Virus record (IMG/VR): IMGVR_UViG_3300030098_003345
Span: 1 to 60,122 of that record
DNA: 60,122 nt
Strand: one strand, 5' to 3'
From: a virus
Lineage: Duplodnaviria > Caudoviricetes
Part shown: positions 27,928-38,302 of the stretch, piece by piece
Layout of the letters: every line of letters starts with the position of its first letter
Numbering within the stretch: position 1 is the stretch's first letter
Position numbers and translations under genes: made by a program
The notes under the pieces: generated by a model
Told to the model about the DNA's origin: nothing
The model's input: only the letters and a program-made list of their open reading frames with translations
The model's database searches: none

Positions 27928-28740
27928 TTAAGGGAATGATTTCATTACTTCTGATTCTATTGCAAACAACTCTGTAGGGTCTACCGAATTGGCAGGACTC
28001 AATACAAGGTGGACTTCACAATAGTGACCTAAAATGCCGTGAGATTCGGCTATTGGGTTTTTAATATACAAGAAATAAGCATCTTGAATAGGAATAGGAT
28101 TTGTAGCTCCTACTGCCGTACCGTCAACAATAATTTGATTAGTACCGTTTACTTTATCTACAATAATGTCAGTCACCGTACCGGCATATACAGGGGTGTC
28201 ATAAGGAGGAACTGCATAATATAAATCATCACCGACACTAATGATACTTCCAATTTGCACATTAACATCAAAGTCTATAACGTATGCCGCAGCCGGTCCC
28301 GATACTGCATCACTTCTACCTATACCATTTAATGACCTTAATTCCCATTGACTCTCATCAGTAGAAGCTCCCACCGGTCCGTCACTCCTTACAAATGCAA
28401 ACCACGCTGCTTCCTTTTTCTCAAACCACGCATCATCTATAAACCCGGTGTCTTGAATATCACTAACTAAAGTAGCTTCCCACGCTTGGTCGCTTTCTAA
28501 ATTTAAAGTCTTAAATATTTTATTCTCTAATGGCTGCTGATTAAATACCGTAGTTATAGTAGAAGACTCAATTTCACCATAAAAAGTATTATGATTATTA
28601 TTGGTGTTGTGTCTATATAGATTTCCCCCCTTAAATGTATAGAAATATTGATTCATTCCTATCATCCAATCGGGATAATAAGAATAAAAAGAAGGAAAAC
28701 CCTGAGAACTTTCTGCGTATGTTAATGTATAGTTTGCCAT
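27928..28740 (-). CDS. Tail protein resembling the C-terminal part of nozzle/stabilization proteins
   Basis: TLTY..GFPSFYSYYP..YTFKGGNLYRHN..KIFKTLNLES..ELFAIESE. Confidence 0.6.
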   Translation of the reverse strand: MANYTLTYAESSQGFPSFYSYYPDWMIGMNQYFYTFKGGNLYRHNTNNNHNTFYGEIESSTITTVFNQQPLENKIFKTLNLESDQAWEATLVSDIQDTGFIDDAWFEKKEAAWFAFVRSDGPVGASTDESQWELRSLNGIGRSDAVSGPAAAYVIDFDVNVQIGSIISVGDDLYYAVPPYDTPVYAGTVTDIIVDKVNGTNQIIVDGTAVGATNPIPIQDAYFLYIKNPIAESHGILGHYCEVHLVLSPANSVDPTELFAIESEVMKSFP

Positions 28741-28756
28741 TTACTTCTTTTTAATA

Positions 28757-28772
28757 GTGTCTTTGAAGACAC
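28757..28772 (-). repeat. 16-bp palindrome, intergenic
   Basis: GTGTCTTTGAAGACAC upstream of start 28740. Confidence 0.95.
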
Positions 28773-28781
28773 AAGTTATTA

Positions 28782-29705
28782 TTACGGACAAGCACTTATA
28801 CTTGTTATCACCCCATTTGCGTCTACTACTATTTGTTTCTGTCCTGATGGGGGATTTATGGTGTAATTTCCTGCAGGAACTCTTACGCTTCCATATTCAT
28901 CTTGAACGTAAAACTCGTGTATTGCCGGTTCTCCTGCCACTCCTCCACGATTAGGGACATTATAATATTCATTGGGATATACTTCAGTACAATCTCCACC
29001 TATGGTACTCGTAGGACAAGCGGTAAGCAATAATGGACAGTTTATCTCTACATTCCATTGACTTACGGCACACGGACCAAATATCTCTAACAACATCGTT
29101 TCGGGTGCCACCGTAGTTTTAGGGATATATAAGGTAGAATAACCGGGTGCAGGAGTAGTAAGATTTACATCTGCTAAGTCTCCCGTTACCGTACCTGCCG
29201 TTCCGGTCAAATCAAAGGAAGCTCCATTCCACTCAAATTCATCTTGCCCTGCATAACCTCCCCCTGCTAATGTGGCACCTATTCCACAATCAGAAGCCGT
29301 CAAACCGATATAGGTATAGTTGGTTGGGGAAGAGGCAGCAAGATATCCCTCTGTTATACTTGTTAATTCATTATAAGTATTTCCACTCCATAATACTCTT
29401 ATACCTTCAGGTACACTTTGAGGGTCAAAATAAATAATAGTACATCCTAAATCGGCGGCAGTATTAAAGGATACTGAATAGATTCCGCTACTTCCTGCCG
29501 AAAGAGTAATGCCGGTTCCGCAAGGATAAAAGCATTCAGGACAGGTTTGAGGTATCCCCAATACACCACCCACTTGCTCTCTCACTACCGTTCCATCAGA
29601 ATACCATCCATCAGGAGCAGGAGTGACTAATGCGGCAGTTGTAAAGACTGCCGTTGCTCCCGCTAAGGTGGGGGAATCTAAAAAGTAACTTCCAAATGTT
29701 GCCAT
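28782..29705 (-). CDS. Virion structural/tail-associated protein
   Basis: G/T/P/C-rich beta protein with APDGWYSDG repeat-type motif. Confidence 0.6.
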   Translation of the reverse strand: MATFGSYFLDSPTLAGATAVFTTAALVTPAPDGWYSDGTVVREQVGGVLGIPQTCPECFYPCGTGITLSAGSSGIYSVSFNTAADLGCTIIYFDPQSVPEGIRVLWSGNTYNELTSITEGYLAASSPTNYTYIGLTASDCGIGATLAGGGYAGQDEFEWNGASFDLTGTAGTVTGDLADVNLTTPAPGYSTLYIPKTTVAPETMLLEIFGPCAVSQWNVEINCPLLLTACPTSTIGGDCTEVYPNEYYNVPNRGGVAGEPAIHEFYVQDEYGSVRVPAGNYTINPPSGQKQIVVDANGVITSISACP

Positions 29706-29726
29706 ATTATATTTTTTTACATTTTA

Positions 29727-32700
29727 TCACTCACATCCACAATTTAGCTTACTTACTTCAAATCCTGCAGGGAAGGTAGCCAAACCAATTTCTTCTGCAC
29801 AAATTGATAACGTGCCTCCCGGTGCTATAATTCCCGTATTAACCCAAACTCCCGCACAATTTTTATAATCTACTGCACCCCCTATTAAGGTAGGGTTATC
29901 CACTTGATAAGTACCACACACATCTTGACAAGAAGTAACTCCTATAGGGACTCCGCTAATAGTATCCGTTACCGGTAGTGCCACTCTATAAAGTGCTTTA
30001 TAAACGCAACTTGGATGACCTGTAAGATTCCATAGACTATTCGCCGTTACGGGGTATGCTCCCGCATCTACAACTTCATAATTAGGACTTGGAGTAGGAT
30101 AGGCTTCCGTACACTCTTCCATTAACCAAAATTCCTCACAATCGCATTCTTCAAAAGTTATCTCTATAAATTCAGTATCCCAAAGAGTAATGTCTGTTGC
30201 ACAAATATCAAGAGTACCTCCTGATGGTACTTCTACGGTAACCGGACCTGCACCATCACACGGAACATATGTGACATCGTGAGTAGAGTCATCGGTATTA
30301 GTAAGGGTGTATTTATTACATACATCACTACATTCACCCTCCTCAAGTATATTAATCACCGCATCTTCTACCTCTTCCGAAGTTCCTATTACTTCAAATT
30401 TACATCCTGTATACAATGGATTGGTAATGCTAACCAAATCTCCTACAATAGCTCCTACAGTATTAACAACCGTAAAGGTTACGGCAGGAGTAAGGATTCC
30501 GGCAGCCTGACATCTTTGAATTTCAAGTTTTTCTGTTGTACACTCACAACACGCTGCATACATATCGGATGCATCATAACATAAGGCTACCCCTGTTGGT
30601 CTTCGGTAATTATATATTAAATATAAATATTGGTCATTACTTACCGGCATTGTAAATTGAGCTTCATAGGAATTAGGTCCACCTGTAATCGGTACTGCAT
30701 CCGTAGAAGCAAAGAGTAATGCTGCCATATCTACAGGGTTATTGAGATATAACGTATTACTTCTTAAATATCTTAATTCATCTATTGCAGGGTCAAACTC
30801 ATAATCATCAATTGGTAAAATTCGGTTGCTAATAATAGTTATAGTAGCTCCGTCATTAGGAATAAATCCTGCTCCTTGTGGTCCGGAAATTGGTGAATAT
30901 TGGGAAATTAATGGGTTAGTAACTCCGGAAACTAATTCCACTTGCTCGGAATGTAGTGGAGAAACGAACATTCCATCTACCCATCTAAATTCATTGTGAA
31001 TAAACTCTCCTGCATCATTATCAAGTGAATAACACACTTGGATAATAGTTATTTCTTGTGCATCAGGACAATTTACAGTAATCTCTAAAGTAGTTTCACC
31101 GCTATCTACTTCTACCTCTATATCTACCGTATCTACCGCTACATTATCTTTATCTACTACCAATGGTGACCCGGCATCATTGTTTACAAATCCTGTTGTT
31201 GTAGTTACTGCATTATAAGTAGCATCTATTTTTACATTAGAAGTGGTTGAAATAATATTGTAATCTATATTTACATCTCCTACAAGATTCCCTACATTGA
31301 CGCAGAACGTAAAGTTATTGTCAGCTTCAGTAACAGTAACCGTTCTACTAATACCACATTCAATACATTCGGGAATATTAGGCAAAAGCTCATTATTGGA
31401 ACTTAAAACAAATTCATTCATATAAGGGTCATAGCCACCAAGTTTCTGAGTATTAAACGCTTGAAGAAATAAATCTCTAAACCACGACCTCATACCCGCT
31501 TCGGAAATAACCTGCAACTGTTCGTTCTGAGCCGAACTTCCTCTGAGCTGAATAACGGCTCCTCTTTTTGCGTCAGTAAAGAACTTATTTGGACCCCACT
31601 TAGCATAGCTTTCCGGGTTTTGGCTTACACCAAAATCTTCTATTCGAGCTATTTGAGTTCCTAATACCTCCGGTACAGAAGCTATAGTTCCTCCACCTAC
31701 TGAATCGGATAATAAATTTTTTCCCTGTAATACATAAGATATCTTATCTTCTTGAAGAGTTAGAACATCAGTTTCTCTTCCATCCACTAAATAAATAGGT
31801 CCATATCTTTCTTCAAGTGGTTTAAAGTTTAATAACCCAAGATTAAACTCATTAAGTTTATTTACATTGGATTCATCATTATATACACCACTATAAGTTA
31901 AATCAGAATACCTACGCATAGCCATATAGCTTTCGTTATTGGTAGTAAATACCCTGTTTCCTAAAGTTAAAACTTTCCCGGTAATAGAATCTTGAATCTG
32001 ATAGCTTTCTACACCATTACCAAAAGCATAACAATTAAAAAATTCTGTTTTGATAATGGCAGGTTGAACTGCAGTTTGGTTCTGTATGTTCCCTTGATGA
32101 TACCCTGTTGCTTGGTCTATGGGATAAGATTTGGAACTTTCAAACCACACATCGGGTAAAGCATCTTGGGGTTCGGTTTCAAATACAACCAAAGAGTTCC
32201 CTCTAATTAGCTCCATATTTACTTTTAATACCGCTTTCTTTTTATTGCCACTATATCCCTTCATTCCCACTACTACCAACCACATTGCACCTGAAATAGT
32301 GTCATCTTCAAAAAATTGAACGTATAAATTTAAGTCACAAGGAAAATCAGTCTGCATAGGAACGGGGAATCCTGTTCCGCTTGATGTTAACAAAGCCGGT
32401 ATATACGTACAAGTAGGAGGTGATGCTCCACAATCTGCTTCAGAAATTACTTCCGAACCACTTAATATACTTGCTACATTATCTCCATCCCACCACGCTT
32501 TTGCATTGGGGTAATCTTGAGTAGCAATTAAGGTAGTGTCAAGCAAATACTTTCTACGTTCTACTCCGGATGTGGCACACGCTTTTCCTTTACGCAGGTT
32601 GTCTATACGAATATTTATCCTTGAACCTGCCGGAATGGTTACCGGAACATAAGCGAAATTACCGGGTCCCGATGGAAGTGAAGAATCAAAATCAGGATTA

Positions 32701-35006
32701 GGTAAATAAGCAGGATAAGAAATATGACTACAATTCCCGCTTGTATCTTCAGTAGTTTTCTCTCCATATGAAACCACCGCATTAGCATCTGTTTCAGTAG
32801 AAAAATTGTTAGCTCTCATTTTGGCATATACTCCTGCGGGGATAGGAATCTCATTTCCTACACTATCTTGAGGAGGAGGGTCTAAAAAGTCTTGCTCTTG
32901 GGCTACCTTTTCTAATACCGAAGTTTGGACACATCTGCTTAATGCGCCATTTGTATCTAATTTTACTCTTAACAAATCTCCCTCTTCTACCTTACGTGCA
33001 TTTTGTCCTTCAAGTAAAAAGTAATCAGAACCTGATATAGGGTCCCGGAAAAAGAACTGAGTATATACATTCCAATAATTTTCCTTATCCTGTTTGCACA
33101 CAAACTTATAACGAGTTGCCCACTCAGGAGCTATTTGAGTTGTAGGGATATTCACCCTTATCCTATTGGCAAAGACTGAGTTTTCACAAGGCACTTCAAT
33201 AGAATTATTTGGACTTACTAAAGCCGTTGTAGCTCTATTAAAATCATCCATATACACTATTCCTATTTGATAACCTCGTTTACTATGTAAACTTTTTGGG
33301 TTTCCAATCTCGGAAAAAGATGCTTCCGAAGCGGTAATTTCATAGTATTCAAAGACTTCTTGAGTGATAGCCACTCCGGTTGGGTCATCCACATATCGTA
33401 CTATAGGAAGAATAAACCCTATGTCCGGTGAAGCCGGAGAGGTAACTATTTCTACCGGTTGGTCCGCCGCACTTATACCGCTTTCATACTTAGTTAACCC
33501 ACTCAATGTGTTTAATACCGAGCAATTAAAGTTGTCTGTAAATGTAGTTCCTAACGCACAATCAGCAACCGTCTGAATATTAAGTGCCGTTCCTATCTTT
33601 TCCACAAAGTCCGTACTGATAGCTAAATCATATGCACTTGGGAATGACTGCGGAAGGAGGTAAGAAAATTGCAGAGTAGTTAAAGGTGTAGTATCAGCCG
33701 GGAAAGGTAAATCCCCTGTAAAAAACGAATGCTGAAAAGTAATTTGAAACTCTAATAAAGCTCCCTGTGTTAAATTTAAGCCTCCAACACCTTGTATAGT
33801 TACTTCCGAATTGGTTCCGCTTTGCGGTCCATCCCACGTATAAGCCGGATTGGAGGTAGCAGTTGACAAGTCAGTTAAACCTACATCTTCAGAATCTAAC
33901 GAAATGGTATATTCAAGTTTAGTAGGGAACCCACTTAAAGTAGTTAAATCATATTGCTCTAAATAATTTCCATAAATTATTCTATTCCCCATTAAAGTTT
34001 GAGCTTTTGCAAGTCGGGGGACATTGTCATAAAGTCTCAAAATTTCTGATATAGGCAATACGGTAAATATCTGACTACTACTAAAAGAATAACTGTAGTC
34101 GGTATTATCTACAAGTCCTAATAAATCTTTATCAAGTTTTTCAATAATACGGATACTTCCATTTTGCATATCCTTCCATAACAAATCAATCCCGGTCACA
34201 AGAGGTCCACCGGAATTATACTCAATAACTGCTAAATTCGTATTATTAAGCATTCCTTCATTTAAACCTGTAGCATAAGAATAATTAAAAGGCTGCGGAA
34301 TAAAGGAGGGTTCTGTAAACTGAGAAGTGGCTGAATAATCGTCATCCTTATATTTCCATCTATATCCAAAACATACAAATCTATCCTCCAAGAAAGTGTC
34401 ATCTGCGACAGTTGAGCTTTGGGTAAGAGTAGGAGAGTCTGCAGGGGGTTTTTTTATTACAAGTAATTCCTCTTCGGTCACACCATCTATTAAAACTACA
34501 GGATTCGCATAGTTGCGATTAACATTTATAAATCGTGGAGGGTTATAATCGTCAGTCCAAAATAATAAATCTTCGATAAGATTAACTCCCGTAATTAAAT
34601 AAGAAGGATTAAAATTTAAAGTAGTATCGGTTCCTCCACCATCATCAATGCTGATAATATGATAAGTAAGAACATTGGTGAGAGTATTTAAGGAAACTAC
34701 TAAATCAAGTTTACCTGTTGCTCCTAATGCAAAGTCAGGGTCGTGAACAAACCAATATAAGGTTTCTGTAGCACCATCCTCAAAGGCTCCAATACACCGT
34801 GCATTAGTCGATAATGCCTGTCCATCATATTGTAAGGTGGTGAGCTGAGTATTTCCTTTAGCATTTTCTACTGACCCTACTTCGGATTGTTCAGTAGAAC
34901 CTAAACGCACATTCATTGCGTCTACATATTCACCATTGGGAAGTAACCTTTCATCAAGGCTTTTATTCATCCTCCCTAAAACAAAATTTCTCTGTACATT
35001 AGCCAT
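29727..35006 (-). CDS. Tail nozzle/stabilization protein with Cys-rich C-terminal extension
   Basis: MNKSLDERLLPNGEYVDAMN, LLFWTDDYNPPR, GNRIIYGNY, FTDAKRGAV, GGYDPY. Confidence 0.7.
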   Translation of the reverse strand: MANVQRNFVLGRMNKSLDERLLPNGEYVDAMNVRLGSTEQSEVGSVENAKGNTQLTTLQYDGQALSTNARCIGAFEDGATETLYWFVHDPDFALGATGKLDLVVSLNTLTNVLTYHIISIDDGGGTDTTLNFNPSYLITGVNLIEDLLFWTDDYNPPRFINVNRNYANPVVLIDGVTEEELLVIKKPPADSPTLTQSSTVADDTFLEDRFVCFGYRWKYKDDDYSATSQFTEPSFIPQPFNYSYATGLNEGMLNNTNLAVIEYNSGGPLVTGIDLLWKDMQNGSIRIIEKLDKDLLGLVDNTDYSYSFSSSQIFTVLPISEILRLYDNVPRLAKAQTLMGNRIIYGNYLEQYDLTTLSGFPTKLEYTISLDSEDVGLTDLSTATSNPAYTWDGPQSGTNSEVTIQGVGGLNLTQGALLEFQITFQHSFFTGDLPFPADTTPLTTLQFSYLLPQSFPSAYDLAISTDFVEKIGTALNIQTVADCALGTTFTDNFNCSVLNTLSGLTKYESGISAADQPVEIVTSPASPDIGFILPIVRYVDDPTGVAITQEVFEYYEITASEASFSEIGNPKSLHSKRGYQIGIVYMDDFNRATTALVSPNNSIEVPCENSVFANRIRVNIPTTQIAPEWATRYKFVCKQDKENYWNVYTQFFFRDPISGSDYFLLEGQNARKVEEGDLLRVKLDTNGALSRCVQTSVLEKVAQEQDFLDPPPQDSVGNEIPIPAGVYAKMRANNFSTETDANAVVSYGEKTTEDTSGNCSHISYPAYLPNPDFDSSLPSGPGNFAYVPVTIPAGSRINIRIDNLRKGKACATSGVERRKYLLDTTLIATQDYPNAKAWWDGDNVASILSGSEVISEADCGASPPTCTYIPALLTSSGTGFPVPMQTDFPCDLNLYVQFFEDDTISGAMWLVVVGMKGYSGNKKKAVLKVNMELIRGNSLVVFETEPQDALPDVWFESSKSYPIDQATGYHQGNIQNQTAVQPAIIKTEFFNCYAFGNGVESYQIQDSITGKVLTLGNRVFTTNNESYMAMRRYSDLTYSGVYNDESNVNKLNEFNLGLLNFKPLEERYGPIYLVDGRETDVLTLQEDKISYVLQGKNLLSDSVGGGTIASVPEVLGTQIARIEDFGVSQNPESYAKWGPNKFFTDAKRGAVIQLRGSSAQNEQLQVISEAGMRSWFRDLFLQAFNTQKLGGYDPYMNEFVLSSNNELLPNIPECIECGISRTVTVTEADNNFTFCVNVGNLVGDVNIDYNIISTTSNVKIDATYNAVTTTTGFVNNDAGSPLVVDKDNVAVDTVDIEVEVDSGETTLEITVNCPDAQEITIIQVCYSLDNDAGEFIHNEFRWVDGMFVSPLHSEQVELVSGVTNPLISQYSPISGPQGAGFIPNDGATITIISNRILPIDDYEFDPAIDELRYLRSNTLYLNNPVDMAALLFASTDAVPITGGPNSYEAQFTMPVSNDQYLYLIYNYRRPTGVALCYDASDMYAACCECTTEKLEIQRCQAAGILTPAVTFTVVNTVGAIVGDLVSITNPLYTGCKFEVIGTSEEVEDAVINILEEGECSDVCNKYTLTNTDDSTHDVTYVPCDGAGPVTVEVPSGGTLDICATDITLWDTEFIEITFEECDCEEFWLMEECTEAYPTPSPNYEVVDAGAYPVTANSLWNLTGHPSCVYKALYRVALPVTDTISGVPIGVTSCQDVCGTYQVDNPTLIGGAVDYKNCAGVWVNTGIIAPGGTLSICAEEIGLATFPAGFEVSKLNCGCE

Positions 35007-35010
35007 ATTA

Positions 35011-35934
35011 CTACTTTAACCATTTATCCTGTCCTCTCAAATTCATCAAGAGTCTTCCCGGATGTATGTTGCTTATTCTAATTTTAGCATTTCGCAATAG
35101 GGCAGTTTTTCGTTTCCTTGCTCTTGTTACAATGTATTCTTGTACTCCCAATTTAGAATTAAGAAGAGAATATTCAATAAAGGCATAAACATACTCTTCA
35201 AAAAGTTTGTTTACAGAAATTTCGGTGATATCTCCATTCTCCATTCCATCCGACACATATTCAAGAACACATAACTCTCCTGCCATTCCGGAACTAAAGT
35301 TTATTACTCCTGCTTTTTTATTTATACTAAAGGTGGGATTAGCATTAGCAGTTTCGGTGTTTAATCCAAACCGGTCTCCTATCTCCCATCCAAAATACCA
35401 ATAGCCATCATATTCCCATCCTTCGTATCCATAAAATATAGAGTTCTGATTAAGATAGATAGATTTCTTTCCTCCTGTTATTCGTGCTAAATCAAGGTTA
35501 GAATACTCCGGGCTTAAAGCATTTCCATCTTGGTCAAATAAAATCCTACAGTTATTATCTTGCAGATAGGCATTAGACCAATTGGTTTGAATATTTTCTG
35601 TCAATGGATATAAAAGCCCATTTTTAAATACGGATATTCTTACCCAATTCACATAGTCGGAAGGTAAAACATATCTCAAGGTATTACAAACTGATAATTC
35701 TAAAATTTTAATTTCTTTAAATGCGTCATAATTTAATTCCTGAATAGCACGTTTTGCGTGAAATAATATCTTATACCTTTCTTCATTGTTTATTAAACTA
35801 TGATTACCTGCGTACATCAACATAAAATTGTTAACTATATCATATAAAGAAACATATTGATAGGAACCCCAATTAGCATCTTCCGGAGCATTCCCATTAT
35901 TTTCGTAATATTCGTATTGTGAGATATAAGGCAT
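35011..35934 (-). CDS. Tail ring/adaptor protein
   Basis: HAKRAIQELNYD, LPSDYVNWVRIS; position. Confidence 0.6.
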   Translation of the reverse strand: MPYISQYEYYENNGNAPEDANWGSYQYVSLYDIVNNFMLMYAGNHSLINNEERYKILFHAKRAIQELNYDAFKEIKILELSVCNTLRYVLPSDYVNWVRISVFKNGLLYPLTENIQTNWSNAYLQDNNCRILFDQDGNALSPEYSNLDLARITGGKKSIYLNQNSIFYGYEGWEYDGYWYFGWEIGDRFGLNTETANANPTFSINKKAGVINFSSGMAGELCVLEYVSDGMENGDITEISVNKLFEEYVYAFIEYSLLNSKLGVQEYIVTRARKRKTALLRNAKIRISNIHPGRLLMNLRGQDKWLK

Positions 35935-35942
35935 AATTTATT

Positions 35943-36884
35943 TTATTTTTCGTCTTGTTCTTCTTTTACTTCAAGCTGACCCCCAAATTGTACTGCTGCT
36001 ACCTCTCTAATAGACATACCGGCATATTGCAATATCTTTAATACCAATGTGGGTTCATCTGAAATAGCCAATTCAAAATCCTGATAATCAGGTTGAGATT
36101 GGTCAAACGATGGCTCTCCTCCTATTAAATTAACATAAGTCCATTTAGGGTCGTTAGGATATCTAATGTATTGACATTGAACTGCTCCTATAGTATTAAT
36201 GCTACCCGGAAATAAGGACAAGGTTGGCTCTTCTTGGGTATATGCGGGAAATAAGGTAGAAGGTGCAGTTAACATAGAGTTGTTAAGCATCGTAATTTTA
36301 CTATGCGTAACCTTCTCTGCTTCATTAACTATGGCATCATCATATACCACATAATCTTCAGGTGTAGCTCCAAATATGTCGGCATCAATACCTAATTGAG
36401 TTAGGGCAACAGATGTGACAATAGCCGTTTGGTTTGTTGTGGTATTTCCTACAATATCTCCTACCTGAACTCCTGCGGCAATAAAATCGGTAGTATTATC
36501 TACCAAAGTAGAAGCTAATACTGCAGTATTAGTGCCGCTTGTTAATAACCGAGTATATGCAAGAACTTTATTTAATAAATAATAATTATCATTGGTAGTT
36601 ACCGGACTTGGGGTAAAAAACTTATTATTAGAATCGTGTACTAAAAATTTCGTTTCCGAAAAAATATTTATTACCTCTTCGTATCCCTTTGCTATATCAG
36701 CATACCCCATTCCGGATTGCCTTACATTTTCTTTATTTATTTGATAGTTATATTGATAAAAATAATCTTCAAAAATATCTAACTGTGCTTGTTTAGCAAA
36801 TAAATTAAAATCTGCCGGAGAAATATATCCGTAGTTATTTTTATTCAATATAGATAATACTGTATTTCTTACTGAATTTATCAT
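35943..36884 (-). CDS. Tail ring/adaptor protein
   Basis: LNKNNYGYISPADFNLFAKQAQ, YIRYPNDPKW; position. Confidence 0.6.
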   Translation of the reverse strand: MINSVRNTVLSILNKNNYGYISPADFNLFAKQAQLDIFEDYFYQYNYQINKENVRQSGMGYADIAKGYEEVINIFSETKFLVHDSNNKFFTPSPVTTNDNYYLLNKVLAYTRLLTSGTNTAVLASTLVDNTTDFIAAGVQVGDIVGNTTTNQTAIVTSVALTQLGIDADIFGATPEDYVVYDDAIVNEAEKVTHSKITMLNNSMLTAPSTLFPAYTQEEPTLSLFPGSINTIGAVQCQYIRYPNDPKWTYVNLIGGEPSFDQSQPDYQDFELAISDEPTLVLKILQYAGMSIREVAAVQFGGQLEVKEEQDEK

Positions 36885-36897
36885 TCTTAATGGTTAA

Positions 36898-37209
36898 TTA
36901 AAAGCCTATACACCCCGAAATTTCCTGTGAGAGTCTTGGGCACTCTATCGTGGTATCCGTATAGCCTTGCCCATTTAAGGCTACTAATGTATCATTAACT
37001 AAAGTTACATCAGCTTCGGTAAAACCCCCTTCAGCACTCGTTTGTATTTTAACTCCTTCCATCCAACCGGAGTTATTTCCTCCTTTTAAAAGATACAATT
37101 CATTGGTTTCATCGGCAAGTGTAACCGTATTCCAAGTTCCACCTACAAGAACATCACTAATAAAAAGACCTTCTTCATAGGTTTTTATTTTCATATATTT
37201 TTCCATCAT
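36898..37209 (-). CDS. Small protein, paralog B'
   Basis: Shares GQGYTD.TI..LSQ.I with 37675..37917. Confidence 0.75.
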   Translation of the reverse strand: MMEKYMKIKTYEEGLFISDVLVGGTWNTVTLADETNELYLLKGGNNSGWMEGVKIQTSAEGGFTEADVTLVNDTLVALNGQGYTDTTIECPRLSQEISGCIGF

Positions 37210-37244
37210 TAAAATTTTAAAAATTATACATTGCTTAACTGACG

Positions 37245-37556
37245 TTACTCTGTATCAGAAATTCCCACTACTGCGTTAACCAACTCACTTAAAGCGGGTA
37301 CTTGAACTCTTACGTTACTCCACGTAGAAGACAGAGATTCAATTAATGCTTCCTGAACTAAAACTGCATCATCATTAGTTAGGGCTGAAGCACTTCGAAT
37401 TTCTACTCTTCCTCCATTATAATAAGCCACAACAATATCTGACTCCCCATTAAGAGCACAATAAGAAACTCCATTTGCCAATACTAATCTTTGGCTTACT
37501 TGTTCGTCAAGTCCCGGCTCTCCGGTAGTCAACGTAATTGATAAATACTTGCTCAT
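37245..37556 (-). CDS. Small protein, paralog A'
   Basis: Shares SASALT..D and P.LSE.VNA with 37930..38208. Confidence 0.75.
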   Translation of the reverse strand: MSKYLSITLTTGEPGLDEQVSQRLVLANGVSYCALNGESDIVVAYYNGGRVEIRSASALTNDDAVLVQEALIESLSSTWSNVRVQVPALSELVNAVVGISDTE

Positions 37557-37586
37557 CGTAAAAAAATTATTAGTTTATATTAAATA

Positions 37587-37634
37587 CAAAGATAATCAAA
37601 AAAAAAGAGAGGATTGGAAAATCAACCCTCTCTC
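37587..37634 (-). promoter_or_regulatory. Terminator followed by TATCTTTG promoter box
   Basis: Minus strand GAGAGAGGG..CCTCTC plus T-tract, then TATCTTTG (37594-37587). Confidence 0.7.
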
Positions 37635-37674
37635 AATAATCCAAACAAAAAGTTGTTTTTCAATAAAACAATTC

Positions 37675-37917
37675 TTATGAAATTGTTGTTATTGCTTGAC
37701 TTAAAGTTACGTCAATGGTTGCGTCAGTATAACCTTGACCCCATACAGTTACAAGAGCACTTTCAATAGCAGTTTTGTCTGCAGCAGTCATACTGCCTGA
37801 ACCTGCTAAAGTTATTTCCTTGTCCAAGTAATTGAGAACAATGTCATTTGTAACTAAACCTACATACAAGACATCCCCTCCAAAAACATAATCTCCGATT
37901 ACTAAAAATTTATTCAT
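37675..37917 (-). CDS. Small protein, paralog B
   Basis: Paralog of 36898..37209. Confidence 0.75.
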   Translation of the reverse strand: MNKFLVIGDYVFGGDVLYVGLVTNDIVLNYLDKEITLAGSGSMTAADKTAIESALVTVWGQGYTDATIDVTLSQAITTIS

Positions 37918-37929
37918 AGTTTCTAAGTT

Positions 37930-38208
37930 TTAAAAGGTGAATGTAAAAGCATTGACAACTTCGCTTAAAGTTGGTATACTATATAATACTTGTGTCCATT
38001 TTTCTTGTTGGGCACTTTTAATGACACCAAAAACGATGTCTACGTCTGCTTGAGTCAAAGCGGAAGCAGAAGCAATTTTACTTTGAGAGCCGCCAATGTA
38101 ATCAATGACAATATCGTCAGAACTGTCTAAATAGCAAGATGCTACATTCTTTACAGAGAACTGCTCTACTACACCCCCATCAAGGGTGATATTTGCGTAC
38201 TTGTTCAT
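37930..38208 (-). CDS. Small protein, paralog A
   Basis: Paralog of 37245..37556. Confidence 0.75.
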   Translation of the reverse strand: MNKYANITLDGGVVEQFSVKNVASCYLDSSDDIVIDYIGGSQSKIASASALTQADVDIVFGVIKSAQQEKWTQVLYSIPTLSEVVNAFTFTF

Positions 38209-38236
38209 AATAAAAAAGTTTATGAGTTAATAAACA

Positions 38237-38279
38237 CAAAGATACAAAAAAAAAAGAGAGGAATTTCTCCCTCTCTCTT
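38237..38279 (-). promoter_or_regulatory. Terminator followed by TATCTTTG promoter box
   Basis: Same architecture as 37587-37634. Confidence 0.7.
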
Positions 38280-38302
38280 CACCAAACAAATATAAAAACA
38301 AC

